DNA of 64,000 nucleotides from Clostridia bacterium (lineage in GTDB: Bacteria; Bacillota; Clostridia; Oscillospirales; Acutalibacteraceae), in NCBI GenBank assembly GCA_017624675.1, contig JAGAMO010000015.1, forward strand, positions 5,420 through 69,419. The letters run 5' to 3'. Shown in pieces: positions 40,432 to 49,269 of this stretch (position 1 is the stretch's first letter; every line of letters starts with the position of its first letter). Both the position numbers and the translations under genes were made by a program. Under the pieces are notes generated by a model that was given only the letters and a program-made list of their open reading frames with translations, was not told the DNA's origin and searched no databases.

Positions 40432-40905
40432 ATGTGGGAAATAGATAACTTACTGCAGATTATCAATTTTGCAAGGTCGTTGTGCCTTGGTGCTGTTTTT
40501 TGCCTAATTTATGACATTTTACGAGCACTCAGGACGCTTTTCGATTTTTCTGCTGTTAGGATATTTTTTCAAGATATTGTATTTTCATTACTTTCGGCTT
40601 TTATTACCTTTGTTTTCTTATTAAGTGTTACAAACGGAGAACTAAGAGGCTTTGTTTTTATTAGTATTGCTTTTGGATTTTTAATTTCAAGATTCACAAT
40701 TTCTAGAGCTTGGGTTTGGCTTTTAAAAATTATTATAGGTTTTATAAAGTCGGGGTTTTACGCGGTTTCTAAGGCTTTTTATGCTGGTTTTGATACCGTA
40801 GAGCGAAATATTATAATTTTTTCCAAAAAAAGCGTGAAAGATTTGAAAAAACTCTTGAAAAATATGCGTAAACTGTTGTATACTAAACAAGATAGAAAAG
40901 TTTAG
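40432..40905 (+). CDS. yabQ: Spore cortex biosynthesis protein YabQ
   Basis: 157-aa membrane protein directly after yabP. GELRGFVF motif region. Confidence 0.7.
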   Translation: MWEIDNLLQIINFARSLCLGAVFCLIYDILRALRTLFDFSAVRIFFQDIVFSLLSAFITFVFLLSVTNGELRGFVFISIAFGFLISRFTISRAWVWLLKIIIGFIKSGFYAVSKAFYAGFDTVERNIIIFSKKSVKDLKKLLKNMRKLLYTKQDRKV

Positions 40906-40915
40906 GAGCTGTGCT

Positions 40916-41206
40916 ATGAAGCGAAGACCTAAAAAGGATAAGAGTATCATTTTAAGACTTTTTGTTTTGCTTGTTTGCGGTTATTTTACTGTGACCTTAG
41001 CAACGCTTTGGGGCGACTTAAATGATAGCATAAAAGAACTTGATTCTTTAAAACAACAATTAAGTATTGAACAAAATGAAGTTAAAGAACTTAAGGAAAT
41101 TTTAAAGGATGAGTCGAATGTTTCCTTAATTGAAAAAGCGGCGAGGGAACGACTTGGTTTCATTTATTCTAATGAACAGGTTTTTGTTGATATTTCAGGC
41201 GAATGA
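40916..41206 (+). CDS. Septum formation initiator (DivIC/FtsB family)
   Basis: Single N-terminal TM, coiled coil, and a C-terminal ARERLGFIYSNEQVF motif. Confidence 0.75.
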   Translation: MKRRPKKDKSIILRLFVLLVCGYFTVTLATLWGDLNDSIKELDSLKQQLSIEQNEVKELKEILKDESNVSLIEKAARERLGFIYSNEQVFVDISGE

Positions 41207-41248
41207 TTTTAAAATTTTTCTAAAATTTGGGGAGGATTTCTTTCTTAT

Positions 41249-41695
41249 ATGGAGTTAACTGTAGGTCAAATTGTTGAGGGAAAAATAACCGGTATTACCG
41301 CATTTGGTGTGTTCTTGGACATTGGTGACGGCAAATCGGGTTTGGTACATATTTCTGAGGTTTCAAGAACTTATATAAACGACCTTAATGAGGTTGTTAA
41401 GGTTGGCGACCAGGTAAAGGCTAAAATTTTAAATATCGGTGAAGACGGTAAGATTTCCCTTAGTATAAAACGAGCAACCGAGCCTGAAAAAAAGGAACCC
41501 AGAGAGCGCCGTGAAAGACGAGCTGTTGCACCATCAAAACCCGACAATTCCTATGTTTGGACTCCTAAAAAAAGCGAGTCTGCAAGTTTTGAGGAAATGA
41601 TGAACAAATTCAAGCAGACAAGCGATGAAAAATTTTCCGATTTAAAGAGAAAAAATCCCGAAGCCAAGCGTTCAAAACGCGGCGCAATGAAATAA
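41249..41695 (+). CDS. S1-domain RNA-binding protein (YabR-like)
   Basis: GQIVEGKITGITAFGVFLDIGDGKSGLVHISE S1 motif and a basic C-terminal tail. Confidence 0.85.
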   Translation: MELTVGQIVEGKITGITAFGVFLDIGDGKSGLVHISEVSRTYINDLNEVVKVGDQVKAKILNIGEDGKISLSIKRATEPEKKEPRERRERRAVAPSKPDNSYVWTPKKSESASFEEMMNKFKQTSDEKFSDLKRKNPEAKRSKRGAMK

Positions 41696-41701
41696 TAATC
41701 T

Positions 41702-41732
41702 GACGGAACCGCAAAACGCAGTTCCGTCTTTT
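41702..41732 (+). terminator. Intrinsic terminator
   Basis: GACGGAAC-CGCAAAACGCA-GTTCCGTC followed by TTTT. Confidence 0.7.
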
Positions 41733-41746
41733 AATTGAGGTATAAA

Positions 41747-42880
41747 ATGGATAAAATTAATTTAGTGGCTCCTTGCCTTTTTGGTGTTGAGAGTATTGCG
41801 GCTGATGAATTCCGCCGTATGGGTTTTGAAGATGTTGTTACCGAAAATGGTAGAGTTTTGCTTTCGGGCAACAGCAATATGTTGGCAAGAGCTAATATTT
41901 GCTCTCGATTCGCTGAGAGAATCTTAATTAACGTTGGCGAATTTTCTGCTCTTACTTTTACAGAGCTTTTTGACGGCGTTAAGGCTTTACCTTGGGAAAA
42001 CTTTATTGGTCGTGATGATGCTTTTCCCGTAAACGGTTGGAGTATAAATTCCAAACTTTTCAGTATTCCTGACTGTCAGTCTATTATCAAAAAGGCTATT
42101 GTCGAAAGACTTAAACTTAAATATAACATCAGTTATTTTGCCGAAACCGGTCCTGAGTATAAAATCCGTTTTTCAATTATGAAGGATTCGGTCACTATGA
42201 TGATTGACACCTCGGGCGAGGGTCTTCATAAAAGGGGATACCGCAGAAATTCAAATGATGCACCTTTGAAGGAAACACTTGCGGCATCAATGTGCGATTT
42301 GGCTAGAATTTATCCTGACACAAAGCTTTTTGACCCATTTTGCGGAAGCGGTACAATTTTAATTGAGTCGGCTTTGATGGCAAAAAATATTGCTCCTGGT
42401 TTAAGACGCTTTTTTGCGGCTGAAAGATTCGGTTTCTTGGATTCTAAAATCTGGCAAGAGGAACGCACAAGAGCACAGGATTTAATAAGACCCACCGTTG
42501 ATTTTGTCGCTCAAGGCTTTGATATTGACAAAAATGCGGTCGAGCTGACACTTGCTAATGCTAAAAAAGCGGGTGTTGAGAAATATGTTAAGGCATCTGT
42601 TGCGGATATAAGAGATTTTACACCACCAAAGGAAAGATGTCTTACCATTACAAACCCACCCTACGGCGAACGTCTTTTAGATGTTAAGGCGGCTGAGGAG
42701 CTTTATACTGTTATGGGACAGCGTTTTATTCAAGGGGACGGACAAAAGTATTTTGTTATAAGTCCACACGATTTGTTTGAGGACTTTTATGGCAAGAAAG
42801 CTGACAAACGCCGCAAACTTTATAACGGTATGATTAAATGCCAACTCTTTATGTATTTTAAAGGAAAAAATAGGCAATAA
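41747..42880 (+). CDS. THUMP-domain class I SAM-dependent RNA methyltransferase (RlmL/YpsC-like)
   Basis: HKRGYR, DPFCGSGT SAM motif I and NPPYGERL motif IV. ATG at 41747 after RBS GAGGT. Confidence 0.8.
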   Translation: MDKINLVAPCLFGVESIAADEFRRMGFEDVVTENGRVLLSGNSNMLARANICSRFAERILINVGEFSALTFTELFDGVKALPWENFIGRDDAFPVNGWSINSKLFSIPDCQSIIKKAIVERLKLKYNISYFAETGPEYKIRFSIMKDSVTMMIDTSGEGLHKRGYRRNSNDAPLKETLAASMCDLARIYPDTKLFDPFCGSGTILIESALMAKNIAPGLRRFFAAERFGFLDSKIWQEERTRAQDLIRPTVDFVAQGFDIDKNAVELTLANAKKAGVEKYVKASVADIRDFTPPKERCLTITNPPYGERLLDVKAAEELYTVMGQRFIQGDGQKYFVISPHDLFEDFYGKKADKRRKLYNGMIKCQLFMYFKGKNRQ

Positions 42881-42883
42881 GAA

Positions 42884-42917
42884 AAAACTCCAAGAACATT
42901 ATGTTCTTGGAGTTTTT
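42884..42917. terminator. Bidirectional intrinsic terminator
   Basis: CTCCAAGAAC-ATTAT-GTTCTTGGAG with flanking A- and T-runs. It ends the plus-strand methyltransferase gene and the minus-strand tRNA transcript. Confidence 0.8.
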
Positions 42918-43015
42918 GGTGGAGCTTTGCCACTCAAATCCGAACTATATGGTCGAGTCGCTAATTTAAGATTAGTACAAGACTTTATGACGGATTGGGT
43001 GTCGAGCCCCTCGAC
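42917..43015 (-). other. 99-nt structured trailer between tRNA-Ala and its terminator; function unknown
   Basis: Minus strand: a 5' GUCGAG-GGG-CUCGAC hairpin, a second CUCGAC copy 45 nt further on, a CUAAU-CUUAA-AUUAG hairpin, possible CAAUCCG/CGGAUU(U)G pairing, and a 3' end of GCUCCACCA. I could not build a cloverleaf from it. Confidence 0.35.
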
Positions 43016-43091
<76 letters not shown>

Positions 43092-43101
43092 GAATGTTTG
43101 T

Positions 43102-43130
43102 ATTCTACCATAAGACCGATTAAATTGCAA
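43102..43130 (-). promoter_or_regulatory. Promoter dedicated to tRNA-Ala and its trailer
   Basis: Minus strand: TTGCAA, 17-nt spacer, TAGAAT (preceded by TGg). It lies about 10 nt upstream of the tRNA 5' end. Confidence 0.6.
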
Positions 43131-43143
43131 GACTTTTTTAGAT

Positions 43144-43171
43144 AAAAAGAAACTCCCATAAAGGGAGCTTC
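43144..43171 (-). terminator. Terminator after the RodA/FtsW-family gene
   Basis: Minus strand: GAAGCUCCC-UUUAU-GGGAGUUUC followed by UUUUU. Confidence 0.7.
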
Positions 43172-43174
43172 TTT

Positions 43175-44305
43175 TTATGCTCTTAAATATAAATTTCTTT
43201 CATTTCGGTGTTTGTAAACATTTAACGCTAAACCTACGCCTAAGTATAAACATAAAAGCGATGTTCCGCCTGAACTAAAGAAGGGGAGGGTTATGCCGAT
43301 AACGGGCAGTACCGAGGTGCACATTCCAATATTAATAACCGACTGTGCAAATATCATTGCAAATACGCCGATACAAATGTATTTGCCAATATCATTAGAA
43401 CAAGTTTTTGCGGTTTTTATACATCTAAGGCATATTGCTGTTAGCAGAATTATAACAGCGGCACAACCGAGGAAACCAAATTCTTCGCCGATGCCTACAA
43501 ATATAAAGTCGTTATGTCCCTCGGGCACGGTACCTGCTTGAGTCAAAACACCCTTTAAATAACCCTGCCCCGTGAAACCACCGCCTGCAAGAGCGCGACG
43601 CCCGAGCCATTGTTGATAGCCAACACCTTTTATATCAGCGTCGATATCAAACAATAACATAATTCTTGCTCGTTGCTCATCATTCATTACAAAGAAATAT
43701 ATAAAAGGAGAGGCAACAATAGCGGCGCCAAAAGCAGATGCAAAATACTTCCAAGAAAGACCTGCAGCCCACATCATAAAGAGCATCATAATGCCGAAAA
43801 CAAGGGCTGTGCCGTCGTCACCTTGAAAGTGTATAAGCAAAACGGGTGCGCCACCGTGAGCCAAGAGGGGGATTAAGTATCTTGGCTTATTTATATTGTT
43901 CTTTATTCGGTTTAAATGCAGACTAAAAGTTACGATAAAACAAATTTTAAGTAATTCTGAGGGCTGGAAGGTGGTTATTCCCAAGTCGAGCCAAGCTTTA
44001 TCATCGGTTCCTTCGGGGGCAAAACCTATGAAAAATGTTAGTATAACAGGGATGACACCTAAAGCAGCAATTAAATACCACTTATCATAGATTCTTTCAA
44101 AGTCGAAAGATGAAATTACGAGTGCGGCAATAAGCCCTAAAACCATACAGCCAAACTGCACGATTACAGGACGGAAACTATCTTTATGATGTGTTGCAGA
44201 AAAAACCGCAAAGCAACCGTAGAGGGTTGTGAAAAAGCACAAAGACAACAAAACTTTGTCCGATTCTCGGAAAAAATCTGCAAAGCGTTGAAACAAACGT
44301 ATCAT
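43175..44305 (-). CDS. FtsW/RodA/SpoVE-family peptidoglycan glycosyltransferase
   Basis: 376 aa with about 10 TM segments. SHAPE-family motifs: FQPSELLK, HNDFIF, LPFFSSGGTS. Confidence 0.85.
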   Translation of the reverse strand: MIRLFQRFADFFRESDKVLLSLCFFTTLYGCFAVFSATHHKDSFRPVIVQFGCMVLGLIAALVISSFDFERIYDKWYLIAALGVIPVILTFFIGFAPEGTDDKAWLDLGITTFQPSELLKICFIVTFSLHLNRIKNNINKPRYLIPLLAHGGAPVLLIHFQGDDGTALVFGIMMLFMMWAAGLSWKYFASAFGAAIVASPFIYFFVMNDEQRARIMLLFDIDADIKGVGYQQWLGRRALAGGGFTGQGYLKGVLTQAGTVPEGHNDFIFVGIGEEFGFLGCAAVIILLTAICLRCIKTAKTCSNDIGKYICIGVFAMIFAQSVINIGMCTSVLPVIGITLPFFSSGGTSLLCLYLGVGLALNVYKHRNERNLYLRA

Positions 44306-44406
44306 TAGTTAACATCCTTTGAATTGATATTCTGAATCTATTATATTTTATAAAATATTAATATGCAAGAGAAAATATTTTAAGGTTTTTTTAATATATT
44401 ATTTAA

Positions 44407-44435
44407 TTGACAAGAATAATTGATTGTGTTATAAT
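44407..44435 (+). promoter_or_regulatory. Consensus sigma-A promoter for srtB-lcp
   Basis: TTGACA, 17-nt spacer, TATAAT preceded by TGT. Confidence 0.7.
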
Positions 44436-44473
44436 TGACCGTGTATAAGATACAATGTTTGGAGTATGTCAAC

Positions 44474-45253
44474 GTGGGCAAAAAGAAATTATTATGGATT
44501 ATTGCTTTAGTAGTTGCATGTGCTTGCTTTTTGTCTTGCGCTGGATATTTTCTAATAGATTATTTGCATTATAAATCTATAACCGATATATCAGGAGCGC
44601 AGGATAACGATTCAAATGTGTCATCTGCAAAAAAGCAAGTTCATGTTCCTGTTGATTTTGAAGAACTAAAAAAAGTAAACGACGATATTTATGCTTGGAT
44701 TAGAATACCTTACGCCGACGAAGAGGATAAATATATTGCCGATTACCCAATTTTGCAAAGTAATAGTGAAGATGGTAAAAGCTATTATTTAAACCATAAT
44801 GTAAACCGCAAAAGTTCTGTATATGGCTCAATTTACACACAGGATTATAATGCGAAAGATTTTAATGATTTCAATACCTTGATTTACGGACACAATATGA
44901 AAAACGGTACTATGTTCGGAACCTTAAAAAAGTATAGAAATAAGGAATTTTTCAATAAAAACCGTGAAATTGAAATTTATATGCCGGACCGTATTATGAA
45001 GTACAAAATATTTGCAGCATATGTTTTTGATGACCGTCATATAATGTTAAGCTTTGATTTTGAGGATGAATCAGAACGCGAAACTTACTTGGATACTGTT
45101 TTTTCAAAAAGAAGCTTATATAACAACTTTGCAGATGATATCACCGTAGATACTGATGATAGAATTATTACACTTTCTACCTGCACCAACAATGATAGGG
45201 AGCGTTATTTAGTACAAGGAGTTTTAGTTTATGACAGCGATGCCGACTCCTGA
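44474..45253 (+). CDS. srtB: Class B sortase
   Basis: N-terminal TM, NDDIYAWIRIP...ADYPILQ, IYGHNMKNGTMFG, catalytic TLSTC and a downstream Arg (RYLVQG). GTG at 44474 follows RBS GGAG. The tracked start at 44435 lies inside the -10 box. Confidence 0.8.
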   Translation: MGKKKLLWIIALVVACACFLSCAGYFLIDYLHYKSITDISGAQDNDSNVSSAKKQVHVPVDFEELKKVNDDIYAWIRIPYADEEDKYIADYPILQSNSEDGKSYYLNHNVNRKSSVYGSIYTQDYNAKDFNDFNTLIYGHNMKNGTMFGTLKKYRNKEFFNKNREIEIYMPDRIMKYKIFAAYVFDDRHIMLSFDFEDESERETYLDTVFSKRSLYNNFADDITVDTDDRIITLSTCTNNDRERYLVQGVLVYDSDADS

Positions 45254-46265
45254 TGAAAACATCGAGGTATTGTCAGAAACAAAAAAGCCGTTAAAACACA
45301 AAAAACTGATAATTGTTTTATCTCTTGTTTTAGTGTTTTGTATAGCCGTGGTTTCATCCTTATTTATAATAATAAAGTTGGGTGAAATTCGTTTAAAGAA
45401 TAGTTTAGTTTCTGCCGAAAAGGTTGAAGCTGAAAAAGATGAAGATGACTTCGATGTTATTTATCATAATGGCAAGAAGTATAAGTATAATGAAAATCTG
45501 ATAAATTTGTTACTTATTGGTGTTGATCAGGATAACACTGAAAAACAAATCCAAGGTCAAGCCGATGCGCTCTATTTGGTTTCTGTGGATAATAAAGCTG
45601 ATAAGGTCAAAATTATTAGCATTTCGCGCAACACAATGTGTGATTTTAGCGCTATTGGAATTGACGGTAAAGATTACAGCACTGAACACGGGCAGATTTG
45701 CTTAGCTTATGCTTACGGAAATGATGATATACAATCCTCAGAGAACTCTGTCAATGCGGTTTTAAATTTGCTCTATGGGGTGCCAATTAACGGGTATTAT
45801 ACAATTCATTTGGACGCTCTTTCGAAATTGGTTGATGCTGTTGGCGGAGTTACTGTTACAGTAACTAAAGAAGATGCCGATTCCGGATATTATTATAATG
45901 CGGACAGGACAATGACTCTTGACGGTAAAGCGGCTTATAGTTATGTTCAAGCACGCGGTAACAGTAATGGACCAAGAGTTGAACGCCACAAAAAATTTAT
46001 AAGCGGTTTTGTCAGCTCCGCTAAACGAGCAGTTGCAAAAGATTTAACTTTGCCGTTTAAAATGGCTAATGAAATGAAGAAATATTCTACAACCAATATA
46101 GATATAACAAGTGCTGTTTATTTAGCAACCGAGGCTCTTGATTGGAATATTGAGTTTGTTAATATTAAAGGTGAATATGCTGTTGAAGACGGTTTGGAAA
46201 CATATACCGTAGACGAAACAGAATTAAAAAATATGATTATTGGTAATTTTTACATTGAAAAATAG
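45231..46265 (+). CDS. LytR-CpsA-Psr (LCP) family glycopolymer transferase
   Basis: Cytoplasmic tail plus TM, then INLLLIGVDQDN...QADALYLVSVD...ISISRNT LCP core. It overlaps srtB by 23 nt. Confidence 0.8.
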   Translation: MTAMPTPDENIEVLSETKKPLKHKKLIIVLSLVLVFCIAVVSSLFIIIKLGEIRLKNSLVSAEKVEAEKDEDDFDVIYHNGKKYKYNENLINLLLIGVDQDNTEKQIQGQADALYLVSVDNKADKVKIISISRNTMCDFSAIGIDGKDYSTEHGQICLAYAYGNDDIQSSENSVNAVLNLLYGVPINGYYTIHLDALSKLVDAVGGVTVTVTKEDADSGYYYNADRTMTLDGKAAYSYVQARGNSNGPRVERHKKFISGFVSSAKRAVAKDLTLPFKMANEMKKYSTTNIDITSAVYLATEALDWNIEFVNIKGEYAVEDGLETYTVDETELKNMIIGNFYIEK

Positions 46266-46332
46266 CAATGTAATTTTATAAATTAAGCGGTTTGTTACCC
46301 GCATAAAGTGACAGAAAGGAAAGGCGACTATT

Positions 46333-46977
46333 ATGAAAAAAATTATGGTTATCGGCTTAGTTATTGTTATGTGTTTGAGTATGGGTCTCACTGCTTTTGC
46401 AGCAAATGGCGGATACATTCAGAGTCCTACTAAGAACAAGGCTCCTGAGTTAGTTGAAGTTACACCTGCAAGCGAAAAGTTAATTATTACTATTACTCCT
46501 TTCGCCAAGAGAAACACACTTACAGGCGAAACCGCTGCAAACTTTACTGAGGCTCACGAAGATATCGTTGCTATAAAGAGCGTTGATGTATTAGTACCTG
46601 AAGTTAAAGCTGCAGCTGAGAAAGCTAATGTTAAGGTTGAAAACCTTGGAATCAGCGATCTATTTGATGTTTCTGCAAATATGGAGCTTACCGGAGAAGT
46701 TACAATTAAGTTAAAGGCTGAAACTGCAAAACATTTTGTAGCACTTCTACATTACCACAACGATACTTGGGAAGTAGTAGAAAATGCTACCGTTAAGGAC
46801 GGTGTTCTTACATTCTCAGTTAAAGAACTTTCTCCTTTTGCAATTGTTGTAGATAGAGAAAAGGCTACTGTAAGTGCTCCTTTAACTGCTGACAACACTG
46901 CTTCTTTTGTTGTTGCAACATTAATGCTTGTTTCTGCTTTAGGCGTAATTGCAATTTCTAAAAAGGTTAAAGCATAA
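46333..46977 (+). CDS. Secreted surface protein with a C-terminal sorting-signal-like anchor
   Basis: Signal peptide MKKIMVIGLVIVMCLSMGLTAFA. The C-terminus is SAPLTADNTAS, then a 20-aa hydrophobic stretch, then KKVKA. This is the layout of an LPxTG-type cell-wall sorting signal, but with PLTAD as the motif. Confidence 0.6.
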   Translation: MKKIMVIGLVIVMCLSMGLTAFAANGGYIQSPTKNKAPELVEVTPASEKLIITITPFAKRNTLTGETAANFTEAHEDIVAIKSVDVLVPEVKAAAEKANVKVENLGISDLFDVSANMELTGEVTIKLKAETAKHFVALLHYHNDTWEVVENATVKDGVLTFSVKELSPFAIVVDREKATVSAPLTADNTASFVVATLMLVSALGVIAISKKVKA

Positions 46978-46995
46978 TATATTTTAAACTTTGAA

Positions 46996-47030
46996 ACTGT
47001 CGGGTTTTGCTCGGCAGTTTTTTGTTTTTT
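46996..47030 (+). terminator. Intrinsic terminator
   Basis: ACTGTCGGG-TTTTG-CTCGGCAGT (with G:U pairs) followed by a long T-run. Confidence 0.65.
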
Positions 47031-47056
47031 TATATTCTCAAAACCGCAATAATAAA

Positions 47057-47085
47057 TTGACAAATTTGTGATTTTGGTATATACT
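47057..47085 (+). promoter_or_regulatory. Sigma-A promoter of murA
   Basis: TTGACA, 17-nt spacer, TATACT. Confidence 0.6.
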
Positions 47086-47153
47086 ATATTTATCAAAAGT
47101 CTACCTATTGTTATGTTTAAATGATTTTGATAGGAGTGCATCCTTTGGAAAAA

Positions 47154-48434
47154 TTCGTTATAAACGGTGGAAAGCAACTTAACGGAAAAGTTCGTATAAG
47201 TGGTGCTAAAAATGCTGCTGTTGCTATATTGCCTGCGGTTTTACTAACAGATGAAACCTGTATAATAGAAAATCTTCCCGAAATCTCTGATGTTGGAGCT
47301 ATTTTGCGTGTTATTAGAGAATTAGGAGCAGATGTTCGCTATATCAATAAAGATACTGTTGAGATTAACTGTAAAAATGTTAATACCCATATTGTAACAA
47401 AGCAAATGGCCGAAAATATGAGAGCTTCAAGTTATTTCTTGGGTGCATTGCTCGGTCGTATGAACAAGGCTCGTGTTGCCCCTCCAGGTGGTTGTGATTT
47501 TGGCGTAAGACCTATCGACCAGCATATTAAGGGATTCGAGGCTTTGGGTGCTAAAATGTCCTTTGAAAGCGGTATGGTTGACGGTAAGGCATTTGCTTTG
47601 CAAGGCGCGTCAATTTATCTTGATGTTGTTTCTGTTGGTGCTACTGTAAATATTATGTTAGCGGCAGTTAAGGCACAAGGCTTAACTGTTATTGAAAACG
47701 CCGCAAAAGAGCCTCATATTGTTGATTTGGCAAACTTCCTTAACTCAATGGGCGCTAACATTATGGGTGCGGGTACAGGTGTTATTAAAATCCGCGGTGT
47801 TGAGTCTTTGCACGGCACAACTTACAGCATTATTCCTGACCAAATTGAAGCCGGAACTTATATGACGGCTGTTGTGGCTACTGGCGGAAATGTTGTTATT
47901 GACAATGTTATTCCTAAGCATTTAGAGTCTATTTCTGCAAAACTTAAGGAAATCGGTGCCGTTATTGAGGAAGATGACGAATCCTTGCGTGTTATTATGA
48001 ATAACCGCCCATCTAAATGTAACGTTAAGACCATGCCACATCCTGGCTTCCCAACTGATATGCAACCTCAAATTGCAACACTTCTTACCGTTGCAAATGG
48101 GACAAGTATTGTAACCGAGGGTGTTTGGGATAACCGTTTCAGATATGTTGAACAGTTAACTCTTATGGGCGCAGATATTCAGGTTGATGGTAAATCGGCA
48201 ATTATAACTGGTGTTGAGAAGTTAAAAGCGTCCCCTGTTAAAGCAGTTGACCTTAGAGCCGGTGCGGCTATGATTATAGCGGGTCTTATGGCAGATGGCA
48301 TAACCGAAGTTGAGGATATTATTTATATTGACCGCGGTTATGAAAATGTTGTTGAAAAGTTCACTGCTTTGGGTGCAGATATCAAAAGGGTATCTGTTAT
48401 TGAACCCGAAACAGTTAAATTAAAGGAAGCATAG
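47154..48434 (+). CDS. murA: UDP-N-acetylglucosamine 1-carboxyvinyltransferase
   Basis: EKFVINGGKQLNGKVRISGAKNA and the PGGCDFGVRPID active-site loop (Cys). TTG at 47154 lies 8 nt after RBS AGGAG. Confidence 0.9.
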   Translation, partial: FVINGGKQLNGKVRISGAKNAAVAILPAVLLTDETCIIENLPEISDVGAILRVIRELGADVRYINKDTVEINCKNVNTHIVTKQMAENMRASSYFLGALLGRMNKARVAPPGGCDFGVRPIDQHIKGFEALGAKMSFESGMVDGKAFALQGASIYLDVVSVGATVNIMLAAVKAQGLTVIENAAKEPHIVDLANFLNSMGANIMGAGTGVIKIRGVESLHGTTYSIIPDQIEAGTYMTAVVATGGNVVIDNVIPKHLESISAKLKEIGAVIEEDDESLRVIMNNRPSKCNVKTMPHPGFPTDMQPQIATLLTVANGTSIVTEGVWDNRFRYVEQLTLMGADIQVDGKSAIITGVEKLKASPVKAVDLRAGAAMIIAGLMADGITEVEDIIYIDRGYENVVEKFTALGADIKRVSVIEPETVKLKEA

Positions 48435-48480
48435 ATTTATGGGTTGTCCTATGGGCAACCCTATTTTAAAAGGAGAAAAT

Positions 48481-49269
48481 ATGTCTAAAATTTGTCCGCT
48501 TTACAGCGGCTCTACCGGAAACTGTACATATATAGGGACAAAAGAGTGCGATATTTTAATTGATGCGGGTGCCTCTTGTAAGGGTATAACAGAGGCACTT
48601 AAAAGAGTTGACTCCGATATAGAACGCATTAAATATATTGCTGTAACCCATTCTCACAGCGACCATATAAAAGGCTTAAAAGCCGTCTTAAAGCGCACTG
48701 GCGCAGTTTTAATTGGAACTGAAAAAACACTCGCCGAAATTTGCTCAAGAGGATATATCACCGAAAAGAACGAATGCATCAATATTGATAACGGTCCTTT
48801 TGAAACGGGCGATATTAAAATTTCGGCTTTTAACACTAGCCACGATGCTGAAGGCTCTTGCGGATATAAGGTTTTTCTCCCTGATGGTAAAATATTTACT
48901 ATTTGTACTGATACGGGTATAATTACTGACGAAATTCGTGATACCCTAACGGGTAGCGATGTTGTTCTTTTAGAGTCTAACCACGATATTGAAATGCTTA
49001 AAAAAGGTCCTTATCCGCCCTTCTTAAAGGTCAGAATTATGTCTGACATAGGGCATATTTCAAATAGCATTTGCGCTTGTGAAATTGCACGTCTTTATAA
49101 ATTGGGTACTAAAAGATTTATTTTAGGGCATTTAAGTCTTAATAATAATACACCGATTTTGGCAAAAAGCACAAGCGAGTCGGCCTTGATGGACTTGGGT
49201 GCTAAAAACGGAAAAGACTACCTTTTAAGCGTTGCAAAACCGCAGGATAACGGGGTAATTATTATATGA
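48481..49269 (+). CDS. MBL-fold metallo-hydrolase (YycJ/WalJ-like)
   Basis: LYSGSTGNCTYI, VTHSHSDH. RBS AAAGGAG precedes the ATG at 48481. Confidence 0.75.
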   Translation: MSKICPLYSGSTGNCTYIGTKECDILIDAGASCKGITEALKRVDSDIERIKYIAVTHSHSDHIKGLKAVLKRTGAVLIGTEKTLAEICSRGYITEKNECINIDNGPFETGDIKISAFNTSHDAEGSCGYKVFLPDGKIFTICTDTGIITDEIRDTLTGSDVVLLESNHDIEMLKKGPYPPFLKVRIMSDIGHISNSICACEIARLYKLGTKRFILGHLSLNNNTPILAKSTSESALMDLGAKNGKDYLLSVAKPQDNGVIII

